A DNA stretch of 37,160 nt from Craspedostauros australis (taxonomy: Eukaryota), in the NCBI GenBank assembly GCA_030167865.1, contig JALAGF010003637.1, positions 1-37,160 of the forward strand, written 5' to 3'. The translations under genes were made by a program, and so were the position numbers. Below, one piece after another: positions 1 to 10,563 of the stretch; positions within the stretch are counted from its first letter, which is position 1; the number at the start of each line of letters is the position of its first letter. The notes under the pieces are model-generated. The model ran no database searches. It was not told the origin of the DNA and saw only the letters and a program-made list of their open reading frames with translations.

Positions 1-85
1 GTCATCGTCTATGCTGTCGTAAATTCCGTCCGCGGTTTCATCAAAGCAAGGCCCCGTCTTCCGCTACGGTATTTCCAATTGATCG

Positions 86-480
86 CTATCGCGCTTCAAA
101 CTGGATCACTATTGTTGCATCATCGTCGCGGATTCGTAGAAGTATCCATGGTGGAAGCAAAAATCGTCCGGTTTGAAGGTAGGAGCGACATCAATTTGCA
201 GGGTGTCGTTGTGAGTGGATTTCAGGCCCGCGTTGAGTGCATTCATTCTCATAAAGACAAGCCACGGCACAGCATAGCACATTCCATCACAGCGCATCGC
301 AACATAGTTCCACTTACATCGCTTCGTGCGCGTCTTGTAGAGGATGCGGAACCCGCATTGCCGACATCGCACGGGATCGCCTCCCTTGATCATGTTGCGG
401 GCACCGCAGTCTCCGCATCGGTACTCCACACCGCGCATGATTGGCAGCGGCGTGGCGCCTGTCTGTGTGGTGCTATCCAT
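86..480 (-). CDS. RPB12: RNA polymerase I/II/III shared subunit RPB12/RPABC4, 61 aa; exons 480-318 and 108-86, intron 317-109
   Basis: Exon 1 encodes the zinc ribbon YRCGDCG...[25 protein letters not shown] donor at 317 and an AG acceptor at 110-109 join T+TG to give the conserved C-terminus LIQFEAR then TAG (88-86). Spliced length is 186 nt, in frame. Confidence 0.95.
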
Positions 481-910
481 GATGCTGACGACTCTGTTAC
501 TCTCTGTGTATTGTAGAGTGCGTCCACTGGAATGACTGCTCCGCTGTTGAAGTTGGAGATTGTGGGGAATGTCGTGAGGTCGGCCAAGTGATGAAGATGG
601 ACTCGGAGACTCTGTCGTGATGGGTGTGTGCTTGTGTTTGGAGTTGGTTGGAAAACGCAACTGGATGTTGTCGCTTGGTGGTTGGCAGTTTTGTCGTGTC
701 GTGTTGGCGCGAAATCTAACGGACGACAGCAAGGCTATTCATGTTTGACAACATTCGTGAATGAGTAGGAGTGATAGTATCTTGAGAGTAGATTTCTATG
801 TTTGTTCTGCGAACGCTTCTGCACTTGAACGGGAATGTGCCGGCAAGTCATATCGCGATGTGTAGAGTACCAGTCGAGGACGATAGTGCCGCGATTCTGG
901 CTGCAACCCA

Positions 911-3900
911 TCAAAATAGAATCGACACCATCCCATCATCTTCTGAACCATCCGCTTTGATGTCGATGGCGATCCGCAGAATGGAGCCGCAGCTGTTCGG
1001 GCCTCCTTTCTGTGGGACTTGCGAGTGGATACTCCACGTCCCCTGCTTGCCACCAACTTTGACACGAACGGAAGCGGTGTTGATGACGGGCACGAACACG
1101 TAAATGTACTTGCCCAACCGCTCCAAGTCGCGCTTGAGGTTGATCTCGACGGTGTTGTTGTCCATGAGGTTGAAGCTATCAACTTCCAGTCCGCACGAGA
1201 AGTGAATATCGCTACCGATGTATTGCGGTCGGCTGGGTGTCACTGGACGGACATGGAAGATCTCCGTCTCGTGCGCCTGCAATCTGCGGCTGAGGTATTC
1301 ATGTTTCGTCGATGCTCCACCGCCATTCTGTTCTGCTTGGGTGTCTGCCGTTGGCGTCGTGTGATCAATCCACTGGCACTGCCCGGACCAGAAAGAAAAG
1401 ACATGATAGCCGTTGTGGGAATGCGATCGCGAAGCTAGGGAATTGGGCGATGTTTCGCCGTCGCGGCCGGCACTATCTATCAGTTTGCCTGCATCATGTG
1501 GCGTCTGAAGTGCTGTCCGAGGCACCCGCACCTCCGATGGCTCGTCAGACCAGTTGCTGACAGATAGCATCGTCCATGTGCCGACGTTGTCGGCAACGTG
1601 CAAGCAGCTGCGTTGCCTCTCGTTCGGATGCGGCGCCGGCTGATCCAGTTGGAACGAAGATAGTCTTCCAAAGTGGGTGGCCGCGTGGTTGGAATCCAGT
1701 TTCAGCTGCTCCCGTTGATCGCCCTGCCGTGCGTGATAATCACGTATACCGCCCTCCTTGTCAGTACACCACAGCCGCAGCATGCTTGGCAAGCCGTGTG
1801 CTGGCGCGGAGTGCAAGTCGAGAATGACAGCGCTGACGCCTGTCATGGGGAATATCTTGGTGAGAATGCTGGTCCTGGATGGAATCACTTTGGTCAGATC
1901 ATCTGACAGGAGCAGCATGCCGCATGTCATCGCGATGATCGATGCCGCGCTTGTGACTTCGATGTCCGTCAAGCTGGTGCTGGTTCCCAGCAGCAAGCAA
2001 TCGGGGTCGTTGTGCCACCACCGATGACCCATCGGGGCTCGGTTGATGCTGTTGCGGATCATACTACGCAGTGCTGGCAGAGTTCCGTTGTCCCACCAGG
2101 GAAGCGGGAAGGCCGGGTACCACGTGGGGCCTGTGTCAGCAGACACTCTCATTCCGTCCACGTAGCCGATGCCAGCGCCGATAGGACAGCCGCAGCCAAT
2201 CAGGAAGACGTCGGGACCGGCCGCCTTGCGGATGGTGGCCAACGCGAGGTGCATGGTCTGCGCTCTCGTCATGGATGGGTCAAACTTGCCATTTCCCTCT
2301 AAACACGCTGCGTACAGAAAGTCGATCTTCAGCACGTCGAACCCCCAATCCTGCACCGCACGTCGAATGCACGTCGATACGTACTCGCGAACTTCGGGGT
2401 TGGTGGCGTCCAGACCGTAAAAGAACTTGCCGCAGTTGGACGAGTTGGCTGGGATTCCGTGATCGTTGTGAATGATCCAATCCGGGTGATCCTTTGCGAC
2501 CTTGGAATGCTTGTCGCACGTGTACGGTGCTAGCCAAAGACCAGGACGCATCGAGTTGGCTTCGATGTCACGAGCGACGACGCGCATGTCCGTGAACTTG
2601 CCAGGTTTGAAGTTGTCCCAATCACCCCATGCGGTCATGTAGCCGTCGTCGACTACGGAGACATTCGTGGGAATGACCTTTCGCATACCTTCGAGGCGAG
2701 CAAAGTTCGACCGCAAGGCACCCTCCGAGATGTCCTCGTAGTAATGGTACCAGCTGCACCATCCTGTGAGCAACGGCCCATTTTGCAGAGGGCGGGCCTC
2801 GTTGTGCGAAGCGACGGCATGCAGAAAATCTGCCATGGGTTCTTCGTCGTAGTGGTGCGGGGCAACGAGCTGCGCGTAGCACCAGTCGGTGGAGATCCTG
2901 GAGGTCACCAGCCCTTTGTGCGACACGCTCATCTGCGCACATCGCAGTCCAGCATCCACGAGGACCAAACCCAATTGCTGATGCTGTGCCAGCCAACCCA
3001 GCACAACCGCCGGACCGCCTATCTCGTCCATCGGTTCGTCTCGTGACGTGGTCAGACAGGTGAAGAAGTCTGATTTGTATGCGGTCCGAGGAGCGAATGT
3101 CGGTTGCGTGGTGGACTCGCGGAGGTTGTCCACGGCCATTCGGGATCCATCTTGAATTCGGAATGATGGTGACAGGGGCATGCTGGCGCCAGCATTGAAC
3201 GCCCCGCTGAAGGTGCTCGGTAGCGCAGGCCGCGGCTGTTTGCTGCCGCGCGGGATGGAGCCAGTATACGACCAGCTTTGGTATCCTTGAATGTAGATGT
3301 GTGACGCTGGTTCGCCCATGTCGACGGATCCTTCGAAGACGGTGATCGTATCGAGATAAGCGTCGGAGTATGGTGCTGGCGGCAACTCGACCTTCCACAG
3401 GAGTGGCAGATTTGAGAATCGAGCTGCTGTTGTCGGCATTGCGAAGGTGACGCAGATGAGTTGGTTGATGTCAACATGATCTGCAACCGCATCCGTGGCT
3501 TCCTCTTCATTCTTCGCGCGGGGGTTCCGATTATGTGTGCTTTCGTCCAACAGGATGGATTTCTCCTGTGAATCATGTGGCTGTTGGAAACGGTCCCACT
3601 GCATGGGATACATCTCCCGATTACCCTTGCTGCGTTGGTCGTATTCACGAAGAACCTTCTGAAAGTCCTGCTTGATCGGGACCGGCAAATCGGCATCATC
3701 CACATGCGTGGAAGGTCTCGAATGCGGTCGCAGATAGAGTTGCACACCATCGCATTGTCCAATGCCGCGGATGGAAAGCTTCGTGTTCTTGTGCAACACG
3801 ATGTCCTTCGAAGTGTAGACCTCCTCCGTAACGGTCGACGTCGCCTCTGCCGCAACGCACCCGCAGGTGATGCAATTGAGATGACGCCTGCTTCTCTGCT

Positions 3901-4234
3901 GCATGGTGTACTGCGCGACACCCTGCCAAGCTGGTTTGTGGACGATCTTGAGCAACGCATTCGATTCCAGCGCGTCTCCGGCCGGGCTGGTGAATGTCCA
4001 GCCCAACCTCTGCGTGTGGTTTGCAGCTGGTGCGGTCGATGGGTGTTCGAGAAACGGCGCCTTCTCGTCTTCGTTGGCTGTTTCTTGCGATGGTGCATTG
4101 CCATCACCGCCTGCCTTTGGGGCATCGCGCGTCCGCGCAGGTGTCTGCGTCACGTCCAGTTCGATTCCGTGCTGCTGTCCCACTGAAGGACCGATGCGGA
4201 GAGACCATCGCTTGAGCCCATTGCTGTCGGTCAT
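911..4234 (-). CDS. Glycoside hydrolase family 36 alpha-galactosidase, 1107 aa, apparently intronless
   Basis: Clan GH-D motifs in order: GWCSWYHYY, VDDGY..AWGDW, PGLWLAPY, LDATNPEV, LKIDFL (nucleophile Asp), GCGCP, MRVSAD (acid/base Asp), WHNDPDCLL. Long N-terminal extension with no obvious signal peptide. Confidence 0.88.
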   Translation of the reverse strand: MTDSNGLKRWSLRIGPSVGQQHGIELDVTQTPARTRDAPKAGGDGNAPSQETANEDEKAPFLEHPSTAPAANHTQRLGWTFTSPAGDALESNALLKIVHKPAWQGVAQYTMQQRSRRHLNCITCGCVAAEATSTVTEEVYTSKDIVLHKNTKLSIRGIGQCDGVQLYLRPHSRPSTHVDDADLPVPIKQDFQKVLREYDQRSKGNREMYPMQWDRFQQPHDSQEKSILLDESTHNRNPRAKNEEEATDAVADHVDINQLICVTFAMPTTAARFSNLPLLWKVELPPAPYSDAYLDTITVFEGSVDMGEPASHIYIQGYQSWSYTGSIPRGSKQPRPALPSTFSGAFNAGASMPLSPSFRIQDGSRMAVDNLRESTTQPTFAPRTAYKSDFFTCLTTSRDEPMDEIGGPAVVLGWLAQHQQLGLVLVDAGLRCAQMSVSHKGLVTSRISTDWCYAQLVAPHHYDEEPMADFLHAVASHNEARPLQNGPLLTGWCSWYHYYEDISEGALRSNFARLEGMRKVIPTNVSVVDDGYMTAWGDWDNFKPGKFTDMRVVARDIEANSMRPGLWLAPYTCDKHSKVAKDHPDWIIHNDHGIPANSSNCGKFFYGLDATNPEVREYVSTCIRRAVQDWGFDVLKIDFLYAACLEGNGKFDPSMTRAQTMHLALATIRKAAGPDVFLIGCGCPIGAGIGYVDGMRVSADTGPTWYPAFPLPWWDNGTLPALRSMIRNSINRAPMGHRWWHNDPDCLLLGTSTSLTDIEVTSAASIIAMTCGMLLLSDDLTKVIPSRTSILTKIFPMTGVSAVILDLHSAPAHGLPSMLRLWCTDKEGGIRDYHARQGDQREQLKLDSNHAATHFGRLSSFQLDQPAPHPNERQRSCLHVADNVGTWTMLSVSNWSDEPSEVRVPRTALQTPHDAGKLIDSAGRDGETSPNSLASRSHSHNGYHVFSFWSGQCQWIDHTTPTADTQAEQNGGGASTKHEYLSRRLQAHETEIFHVRPVTPSRPQYIGSDIHFSCGLEVDSFNLMDNNTVEINLKRDLERLGKYIYVFVPVINTASVRVKVGGKQGTWSIHSQVPQKGGPNSCGSILRIAIDIKADGSEDDGMVSILF

Positions 4235-4828
4235 GGCGAAAGCCTTTCAGCGCAATGGAAGACTGCGCTTTGTTCTGTTTTGTGTGTGTTGCTCGTATTG
4301 GTACGCGTGACGCAAAGATGCTGATGATCAATCGATCAGTCAGTCAGCTGCTTGGAGCTCTGGTACGACGATGATCAGTTGGCTGTGGCATCCGCTCTCG
4401 TGGTGGTGATTGTGTGGTTTGTATTGTCATAAGTTGCACAACTACCAGTCGGCAGCAGCGCGCTCTGTAGGGGACTTGTCACACGTTGAGAAGGTGGCCA
4501 TCAACGAAACTGATGGCTGGCGAATTGATCATGTGACGTCTTGAGACCACAATCGGAGTTGTTGATGTCTTTCTTTGGAGTCCATGGTACATTACATTAT
4601 GTAACATTAATTGACGGAACGGATACTTCACTTGTTGGACCGTCAAAGTATGATAATAAAAATAATAACCATTCCCACGCAGCTTTAGAAATCTTTTCAG
4701 ATCGCAAGATCGCAGCATGAGCCACAACAACAGTCGCAGCAATAGCAACGACCACTCTCACAGAATCTGCTCATAGACAGCGGCGCAGGCAAACCCGCAA
4801 GCATCAAAGAGAGAGAAAGACGTTGAAG

Positions 4829-7800
4829 ATGGCTGAAAATGGAGTCCCCAGGCTGCCAGATGGAGGCACGAACTCGGGCGAAGCGACGGATAAGGATTCC
4901 TCTTTGATCATCACGCTCGTCTGGACTAGCCTTGCGGGTCTTCTGTTGTGTTGGTACATGCGGCCATCCATCCAAGCAGGTTCGCCGGACATCTCCAACG
5001 ATGAACGGCGCAAACGCATGGCCGAAGCGGCAGCCAATCGCCTCATGACGCAGTCCGCGACGGTCAGATCCATCCAAGTTCCCGATAAGATGGTTGAGTC
5101 CAAAATCAATTCCGGAGTTGACGAAAGTGGAGCTCTGTCCAAGGAGTCTACCGTCCCACAACACCAAGCGCCATTGGCGGCACCGGAAGTAACACCGGAT
5201 GTAGAATTGGAGGCAGTCCAAGCACCACCACCACCACCACCAGTACCAGAAAAAGTGGTCGAAGAAAAGGAAACCATCGCAGCGGCACCAACACCAGAAA
5301 CGACGACGGCCACCGAGCAGTCTGTCTCCGATACGGAAAACCTGCCAGACCAGCAGCACCCAACGGCGAACGCAGCCCCGAAGGCGAAACGCAAGAAGCG
5401 ACGGCGGCCACCCATGCCGCAGATTTTCTGCGAGGCGCTATCCGAGATACTGCAGGTCCATATTGTGGTGGAACAGCGCGATGATGCCGAGGCATGGGGC
5501 GGATTGGGGTGGTGGAAATCGGCCAACAAGCACGCTGCGATCATCTCTCTGCCTTTGCATCGGCATTACTCTGCCGAATACAGTCAAGACGGTGAGATGA
5601 CACAAGGTGCCATCGAAGAGCTTGCGCGTTGTTTGGTCGTTGACCTCGTGCCACGAGCAGTCGACATTGTGGATCTGCAGCATGCCATCAGCATCTACAA
5701 CCGAGCTGCCGAGATAGCAAGAGTCGGCCATTCGCCCCATTTGCTGAGCCGACAGGATGCTGGATTCCTGCAGTTCGTCTCGGCCGTGCAGAAGATCAAG
5801 GCTTGGGTGATCGCGAAGGCTGCTGAATGGTTGGAAAGCGATGATTCGATCACCAACTACCAGGCCGCCGTACCAGGTGACGTCGATATCGGCGACGACC
5901 TGTTCAGCGATGAGTACGACACGTCTGTTCTCACGCCGACACCGTTGACGGACGCAACAGCAGACAGTGCGGATCGGCGATCTCTCGCCTTCCTCATTGA
6001 TCTCCTGGTCAACTCACCGTCGCAGATTTCCATCGGTTTCTTGGTCGACGTCAATGATGCTGTCGAGGTCTGCAGTGTCTCCGAGAAGATTGTCGGCGAT
6101 CTGCTGCGTCGGTTGAACAGCCAGATCTTTCCCATGAACGAACCGTCGCAACGTCAACCCGATTCGGCACTCTCGCAGGAAGCTACCAAGGTTCTTGGAG
6201 CGATTGGGACGGTCCTCACGTCTGCGAAGCTCGCGACCTCTGCTGCACACCGCTTGATCGAGGCTGCCGTGTCGGATCTGCAAGAGAAACAGTCCAGCGT
6301 CAGCGTCCGTGCCGACAGTGGAGATCATCACAACGGAGGAAGGTCGATGGAGCAGCGGCAGGTCTTCGTCACCCTATTCACAGCAGTCGCGTACTCGCTG
6401 GACGATTCGGCTCTATTGCTGGCGCACAAGACACGCTCACAGCAACGCAATCGCCCAACGTCCTTCCCTTCCATGTATCTGAGAGAACTCGAAACCCTCC
6501 AAGCATTCCCGGCATGCGTCTTCACCGCGCAGAGTCCCAAGTCGCCATTGCAGCAGCAGATGAAATCCTCGCATCGCATGATTGCGCAGGCTCTGTCCGT
6601 TTCTGAACGGTTCCTCAAGATTGCGTTGAAAAACAAGCGAATCGTCTTCGAGTTCCTTCGGCAGGTCGTTGAAACCAAGTGAGTTGGACGGAGATTATGT
6701 GCATGCAACCATCGCTCGGGCAAGAAATCACTCACCACTTCTGTCCGTCGCTTCTTCCTTTTCTGCCCCTCGCTATTCACTCGCCTTGGCGCAACAACAT
6801 CGCAGCCAACGACTCATCGATTTGCCAAAGGTGGAACTCGTGAATCTTGACGCCGACAGTGCAATGTCGGAGGCTGCATCGATGGCGTTTCTGAACGGAT
6901 TGGCGTACGCGCTGGTCGGATTTTGCGGTACATCGCTGCAGGACCGGTTCCAGCAGAAAGGTCATGGCATCTTTGATGCCGCCTACTTCGACGATTTGGG
7001 CTTCAACAAGGCCATGGATTCGCCGCTCTTCGTGAATGATACTTCCACATGGAACAGCGCGAGCACTGTCCGCAAGAAAGATGCGGGCAAGTACTCTGGC
7101 AGCACGGAACTCTTCTTTTTGACTTCGGCCATGTTGCGGTTGGGGATGCAAACGCTGCTGAAGAAACAGAAGGAATTCCGGAACGTGCATGGGCGACTCT
7201 TTGACGAGCTCCGCGTTCCGCAACACTCCAAGACTATCCACCCACGACAGCTCAAGTACGACATCAACCCCAAGGTCGCAGCGCTGTCCGGATTCGCATG
7301 CTTCCTCAACAACGCCGAGCTGATGACGCCGGTGACCAACTACTACCTCCTCCAGCTGGAGTGGGTGCTCTCCGTATGCATCAATTCGGAACAGAAGCGA
7401 CTGCTGCTGCCAGATTGGATCTGTAAGGATGTCTCGCGTTGGCTTGGATACGTGGCGAAGACGTCACCGCACTTGCTGACGCCAATCCAAACCGACCGCG
7501 CTGTCGATTGCTGTGCGAAGCTCCTTCAGCTCGGGATCGCGGATCACAACTTCTCTCCCATCGTCATCACGGCCTTGGTTCGTGTCGCATCCAACTTCAT
7601 CAATGTCAGCGTCGACCGCGCTTGGCACCGACAACGCAATGCTCGCAAGGGACCGAAGGTGGAGGATACGCGGGTATTGGAGATCTACACCTCGTTCGAT
7701 GCGAAGGATCTGGGAGTTGCCGTCTTCGCCAATGAGCAGGTCTGCACGACATTCTGTCCCACGCTGATTCAAACATTCTACGCATTGGATGCAGTGGAAG

Positions 7801-10431
7801 GTCTCGACATGGACCGGGAGATCGATTTTGACAAGTTCGGGGTCAAATCGGAGGTCGCAGATTTGCTGATGCGATTGTGGGCTCATCCCAACGGCAAGTG
7901 CCGTGCATCCGTAGTAGCAGTATCTGGTGACCGCTACCTGCGCTTTGTGGGCTCCGTCGTTTCCGCACTCGCTGTATTCCTGGATGACGCAGTGCAAAAA
8001 CTCGGGACAGTACTCAAGATGTTGCGGCAAGAATCGTTGAGCGACATTGACAAGCGCTTCGTGGACGGGCATCTGTCCGGTGTCAGCAGCGGCCTGCTGG
8101 GTTCACGCCGCCTGTTGATGCTGCTGACCAAGTTCTCTCACGAAGAGCAACTTTGCAGGCATCTTTGCGGCGTGCTACCTGGATCAGAACGTGCATTGAG
8201 AGACGTTTGCAACGCCTTCGTCCATTTCTTTGACATTCTGACGCAAGCTGACGGAGGCACCAACCCAGAGCTTGAAATCGGTCTGTCCAAGTCAACATCT
8301 CAGTTGCGTAAGGATTGGGATTCGTTGGGTGACGACGACAAGAAGAGTATCCAAAAAGAGATTCAGGACGCCCGCTCGTTGGCAAGCGCGGAGGGCGGGC
8401 TGAACGTTTCCATCATCTGCCATCAGCTGATGGCGCTTCTCGCCAAGTGGCACTTGTCATTCTCAGATACAGAGGATCGGGCGGATCAGCCCTCTCCAAT
8501 TTTGAAGATCCTCGCAAAGCATGAGGACGTCGATCCCGACCAGTACCACGGTATCTTGAACCGCCTCATCCAGTTCGAACCAGTTGAAGCTGGAGACGAT
8601 CCGGCACATTCGCTGCTTGCGCATGACGGATACGCATTTGAAGACATGGCGGAAGAGTGCGGGTATGACTTCAAGGATAGCAGTAGACGCAAGCAACGAT
8701 CGAAACATGACCAAATCACGCATCGAGAACTTCAGAACATCGCCAGCGACCAGGACATCCTCAAATTCCTCGATGAGCTCGCACAAGAAAGCGCAGCACA
8801 TCGACGTGACGAAGCTGCCAATACTACGGATCCAAAAGAGGCGAAGGTGCTGGAGGCAACAATCATGCATGATTCAAACGTTGCGAGCTTTGCTGAGCAG
8901 GAGGCAACGTACGAAAATGCGATGTCGGACTGGGTTGTGTCATCATCCCCTTTCATGAATGAAGCGAACAGATTCCGACATTTCTACGATGCGTCGGCCA
9001 GATCCAAATCGACCCAAGCATCGTCCAAAACGCTCATTGCGGAGGCACGAAAATGCCACAAGCTGTTGCCAACGCCTCACGCCAACTCATCCATCTTCGT
9101 TTGCTTTGCGGAGGAACGGATGGATCTGTGCCGAGCGATGATCACCGGCCCAGTGGACACACCGTACTCGCTGGGTCTGTTCACATTCGACATCTTCTTC
9201 CCATCGAGCTATCCCAACTCCCCTCCGTTGGTCACGTTCATGACGACGGGCGGAGGACAGATCCGCTTTTCTCCCAATCTGTACGTGGATGGCAAGGTGT
9301 GCCTCTCACTGCTGGGATTGACATTCTCGAGACAGGATCACGAACGTTGGACGCCGAAGGAGAGCTCCATCGCGCAGGTCCTCATATCAATTCAGAGTCA
9401 AATCTTCGATGTTGCGGAGCCGTACTTCAATGAAGGTTCAGGTAAGTTCGTGCGTTCGTTGACTGTGGTTATTGAGCGTGGTCGTCAGTGTAATTGTTGA
9501 GTGTGGTCGTTGGTGGGGTTGTACGAGTATGCGTTGGGTCACCGAGTGAACGTGCATGATGCTCTTCAGTACATCCGAGTGCCACAGCAATCTTCTCACA
9601 CGAGTGTTCGAAATGAATCGTCCATCTCCAAATGAATGCTGGCGGGGGCACATCGACCATGTTCGATTCACAGGAATCCCGCAATTCGTGAAACAAACAG
9701 CAGCGGGAAAGGAAGGATCGTGGAAGCATAATCTCAGTTTGAGACTGGCGACCCTGCGATACGCTGTGTTGGACGTGCTGCGTAATCCACCGTGCGGATT
9801 GGAGAGCGCCGCGGTGCAATACTTCTCTCTGTGCAGAAAGCGGATTGTCGTGCAGGCGCATCGATGGATGCTGGAGTCCAAATCAACACAACTCTTTGCG
9901 AAGTACCAGAAGGTGTACAGGAACTTGGTATCAACGCTGGCAGATACCAAGTACTCGAGTGAAAAGGCGTTGCAACCGCGGAAGGATGACGTCGATGCAA
10001 TCTTGCAACTGGAAGCATCGGAATCCACCGTCTTGCTGAAGGGCATGCCGACACCAAGTGACGAAGCAGAGTCCGAATCCGTGACCGGAGTAGCCTTGGA
10101 TGCAGTGGATACTTGCGAAGCAGACCAGAAACAAAGTGGACAATCGCCGGAGACCAGTGGCGCTGACTATCCGCGCGTTGAAGTTCCGGACGAGAAGTTG
10201 GGCGTCGGAGCGGTAGAAGCAACAGAATCAGCCACGGCTGAGCCTGTTGCTAACAACCCATGGGCTCAATTGTCTCACAATGCCAATGCGCTACCCCAAG
10301 AGCGGCAGCAGGTGGAAGAAGCAGAGCTATCACAAAGCAGCGCACCGCTGACAGCGAACGCCAATCTCAAACAGAGTGGTAGTGATGATGAGTCTAGTGA
10401 CGACGACGAGGAGGAGGACATGTACAGCTAA
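4829..10431 (+). CDS. Three-exon ~1747-aa protein: N-terminal TM helix + VIM motif + Ufd2/UBE4-like core + BIRC6-type ubiquitin-conjugating (UBC) domain + acidic tail; exons 4829-6678, 6806-9441, 9674-10431
   Basis: Intron 6679-6805 (GTGAGT...CGCAG, phase 2) and intron 9442-9673 (GTAAGT...CACAG, phase 1) join the three track ORFs in frame (5244 nt total). UBC motifs: IFVCFAEERMDLCRAMITGPVDTPY..GLFTFDIFFP..YP..PP...TTGGGQIRFSPNLYVDGKVCLSLLG...W.PKESSIAQVLISIQS...EPYFNE. Ufd2-like motifs: STELFFLT, LPDWICKDV, FDKFGVKSEVADLLMRLW, LRFVGSVVSALAVFLDDA. Confidence 0.85.
6679..6805 (+). other. GT-AG intron 1 of the Ufd2-UBC gene (127 nt)
   Basis: GTGAGT donor, CTCAC branch-like site, pyrimidine-rich tract, CAG acceptor. 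Removal restores the frame (AA+C then QRLIDL). Confidence 0.85.
9442..9673 (+). other. GT-AG intron 2 of the Ufd2-UBC gene (232 nt)
   Basis: GTAAGT donor right after EPYFNEGS. The acceptor at 9673 is phase-compatible and yields ...HNLSLRLATLRYAVL, matching the expected last UBC helices. The CAG acceptors at 9569 and 9587 are out of phase. Confidence 0.78.
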
Positions 10432-10563
10432 TGCATGAAACAGAACTGCGACGTACTCGTAGGATGGAGCATCGCGTTGCACCGCGATTAGGAAAGACGC
10501 TGAAGGCATTGACTTGTGCGCAATGCATGCGCTAAACCATCCCGTATGATGTAGTACATGCAG

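Noticed and set aside
109-317. Possible intronic C/D snoRNA in RPB12
   Set aside because: Only an imperfect C box (GTGATGG) and one CTGA; no terminal stem or recognisable guide.
1-516. +1 frame open from the window start to 516
   Set aside because: It overlaps RPB12 on the opposite strand and has no recognisable homology. It cannot be assessed at the window edge.
109-732. 207-aa ORF as a long RPB12
   Set aside because: It begins at a non-ATG codon and reads through the intron. The spliced 61-aa model gives the conserved C-terminus.
4823-10431. Three separate genes as listed in the ORF track
   Set aside because: Canonical in-frame introns join them, and the UBC domain is split across the second junction.
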